From positions 524,767 to 588,766 of the forward strand of contig NW_019217795.1 in NCBI RefSeq assembly GCF_002571385.2: a DNA stretch of 64,000 nt, read 5' to 3'. Numbering within the stretch: position 1 is the stretch's first letter; every line of letters starts with the position of its first letter. The stretch comes from Stylophora pistillata (Eukaryota). A program made the position numbers and the translations under genes. Positions 61,786 to 64,000 of this stretch are shown here, piece after piece. Under the pieces are notes generated by a model, which saw only the letters and a program-made list of their open reading frames with translations, had not been told where the DNA came from and did no database searches.

Positions 61786-64000
61786 CTAGAAGACGAAACG
61801 GTTGAATGGGGTTGTAAATCCTGGTCCGCCTCCACAGCTCCCTGGGGGACCCTTGCTGGGATCATCATCGTCGTCGTCGGGTGGCTGGTAGAAGTTTGAC
61901 CAGGCTTTTCGCTTGGCAGTGTTCATTACTTGACGCTCTCGCTCCTGTAAAAAAAAGACAACATCCTTATGATGAGTTTGTCCATCGCTAACTCGACAAT
62001 TTGTTCAGTTGCACTATTTGTGTGCATTAAAACTTGGTGTATGGAAGACACGATGGCTTCTTTAGCCACGGAGTTGGAGACACAGTCAGCTGCAAGAGCG
62101 TACCTGACCTCGTGAAAATCTAAATCGGAGTCGTAAACACAGCAATAAGCTTGAAGGAGGAAAAGTAAAAGAACCAACCAATCACGATGTAAGTTGTCAG
62201 GCCAACCGATGGCTTTTGACTCCACCAATTTAGTCTCCAAAGAGTCACAAGCAGCATCGGTACTTTGCCTCTAAATAAGCTGGTTTGATTTGCACCGCAT
62301 CGTATCGCTTTATGCTTCTGATAACGACTTCGACGCTGACGTTACTGAAACCAGCTTTAATGCTGTGCGCGCTGTACTCCGGATCGAAAGGCGCTATTCA
62401 CGCACGAGGGCAGGAGCACACGCGCGCGCACGAAAGTGAATCGTCCCTCGCGTGTCTCGTGATTGCGTCCGACTCCAACGTTGTTACAAACCAGCCTCAA
62501 TAGTGAGCGCACTATATTTTGGGATCGAGAGGCATGATTCACGCGCGAGGGCAGGAGCAGCTGCACGCGCGTGTAAGTAGCGTTTGGCACGTGCTTGCGC
62601 CCGCTTGCTTTTAAATCGTTGGAAACTGCGCCTGATCTGCACACAAAGAGGATTTGAAGTCAAACAGGTCAAACTGACTTACCTGCAAGTATAAGAGGTT
62701 ATCACGATCGACAATGTCCGCCAGCTCCTGTCTGATCTCACCGCTAACCAAATTATCCTGCGCAGAATCACCACTGTTTTCCACTGGAATGATTGTAGCA
62801 CGAAAAGAGCTGACTCGCTTATAGACCAACACATAGGGGGTATCCTTAGGAAAACGCCGGGATACATCAGCAAACGAATTGAACGCCGAGTAAGACACAC
62901 GACTGTCATTAAACAGATACCACGTGTCTTGATCATCGCTTCTAGAACTAGAGCTCTTGTCGCCTTCCCTCCTCATCAAATGCGCGCTAGATCGCGCGTA
63001 GCAGTAATAATGTCCACTCTCCGATGAAGTCCCGGAATGAACGATAACTGAACACAGCGCGTAAACAATATCTGCTGTGAATGTTTCCTCGTTTGAGGAC
63101 AAAGAAGTGTCACTGCTTGAGCTATCAACAACCACACTGTCATGTTCTTGCTTTGTTCTTTTAGACTTGAAACAAGAGTAGCTGACAATATCGTCGTTCT
63201 TGTTGTCATTGACATCTGGGACGCTGTTTCTCGCTTCTCTTTCTATCTTATCATCAACTCCTTTGAGATGAATTCGCGGTAGTTTTAAAACCATAGGATA
63301 AGACACACTTTGTAGTATCTTCGACCTTTGCTGGGTCTTCACATTATAAGCGAACCTCTTTAGGGTCAACACGAGGAATTCTGAGGCATTGGAAATGCTA
63401 ACGGTACGTTCAGCATCCTGTAAACTATGGCAGTGCTCACAATGGTATTGATTAGATCCTTCAAGAATTTCAGGTTCAAAAAAGTACTCTAACATCTCTG
63501 TCAGTGAAATGTGAGGAGCATCAGCTCGAACGCCAGCCTCGCGACATTTCGACGAAACACTCGAACCGGCAGAAAAAGGCATTGAGCTCTCCACTGAGGT
63601 GGAGCTGTGTGATGAACTCGGAGCTACAGCATCGCTATCTTCGACTGTCTTTTGTGCTAGGCCAGCCGCAGACACATTGTGAGTAATATCACCACCTTTC
63701 AGACTTCTGTCGGAGCTCACAGTTGAAGTCACAGGCTTTTCGTCATGTTCAACCGGTTGCTTATCATCTGACGGCAGTTCACCGAGCTGGTCAGAGACCA
63801 TTCTACCCTCCAATTCACCAGTCTGTGGAAAAGCCAGCGGTAGGTCTGTGAACACTTCTTCTCTGCAAGAAGTGTTATTACATCGCCTGCAGCACAGACA
63901 TACCATCAGCTTGCCAGTAAAGGTCTCCTCTACTAGCGACCTCCTTGGCGACCCTTCATCGTTGCTGTTGTTTTGTGACTTTTCCTCCTCGCTGAGTCTG
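61786..64000 (-). CDS. USP38: Ubiquitin-specific protease USP38/USP35, 3' part (gene continues beyond the window)
   Basis: Exons >64000-62683 and 61944-61786. YHCEHC, LTLKRF, His box VIVHSGTSSESGHYY, WYLFNDSRVS, FPKDTPYVLVY, and C-terminus DDDD...PPGSCGGG...NRFVF. Confidence 0.88.

Overview
AT-rich, intron-containing animal genomic DNA. Gene content and repeat landscape suggest a cnidarian, probably a stony coral (inference). Spliced genes rebuilt by hand: a Q50 PRD-class homeobox gene (+, 6297-8432), TRIR (+, 10143-13572), a UDP-glycosyltransferase (-, 15526-18537), POLR1E (-, 20918-29503, with one U12-type intron), a CRAL-TRIO protein (+, 33991-39939) sharing a bidirectional promoter with POLR1E, two tandem PC1/3-like proprotein convertases (-, 42365-46232 and 50409-57222), and the 3' part of USP38/35 (-). 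There is also an intron-containing tRNA-Ile(UAU), many MITEs, SINEs and LINE/Penelope relics, and a ~3 kb duplication across an N-gap that is probably an assembly artefact. Three observations stand out. (1) A decayed ~3.6 kb element carries a RAG1/Transib/Chapaev-clan transposase and, convergently, a chromo-barrel/Tudor-knot ORF. (2) A 9-residue motif, HGRFxxDYM, recurs three times in a P-domain insert of both convertases; the two copies within one gene differ only at synonymous sites, and the third reads like an RFamide precursor. (3) Intronic hammerhead ribozyme motifs in one convertase gene carry core mutations in both sense-strand copies, while the antisense copy keeps an intact core. All calls come from reading the sequence and from remembered family motifs; no database searches were run.
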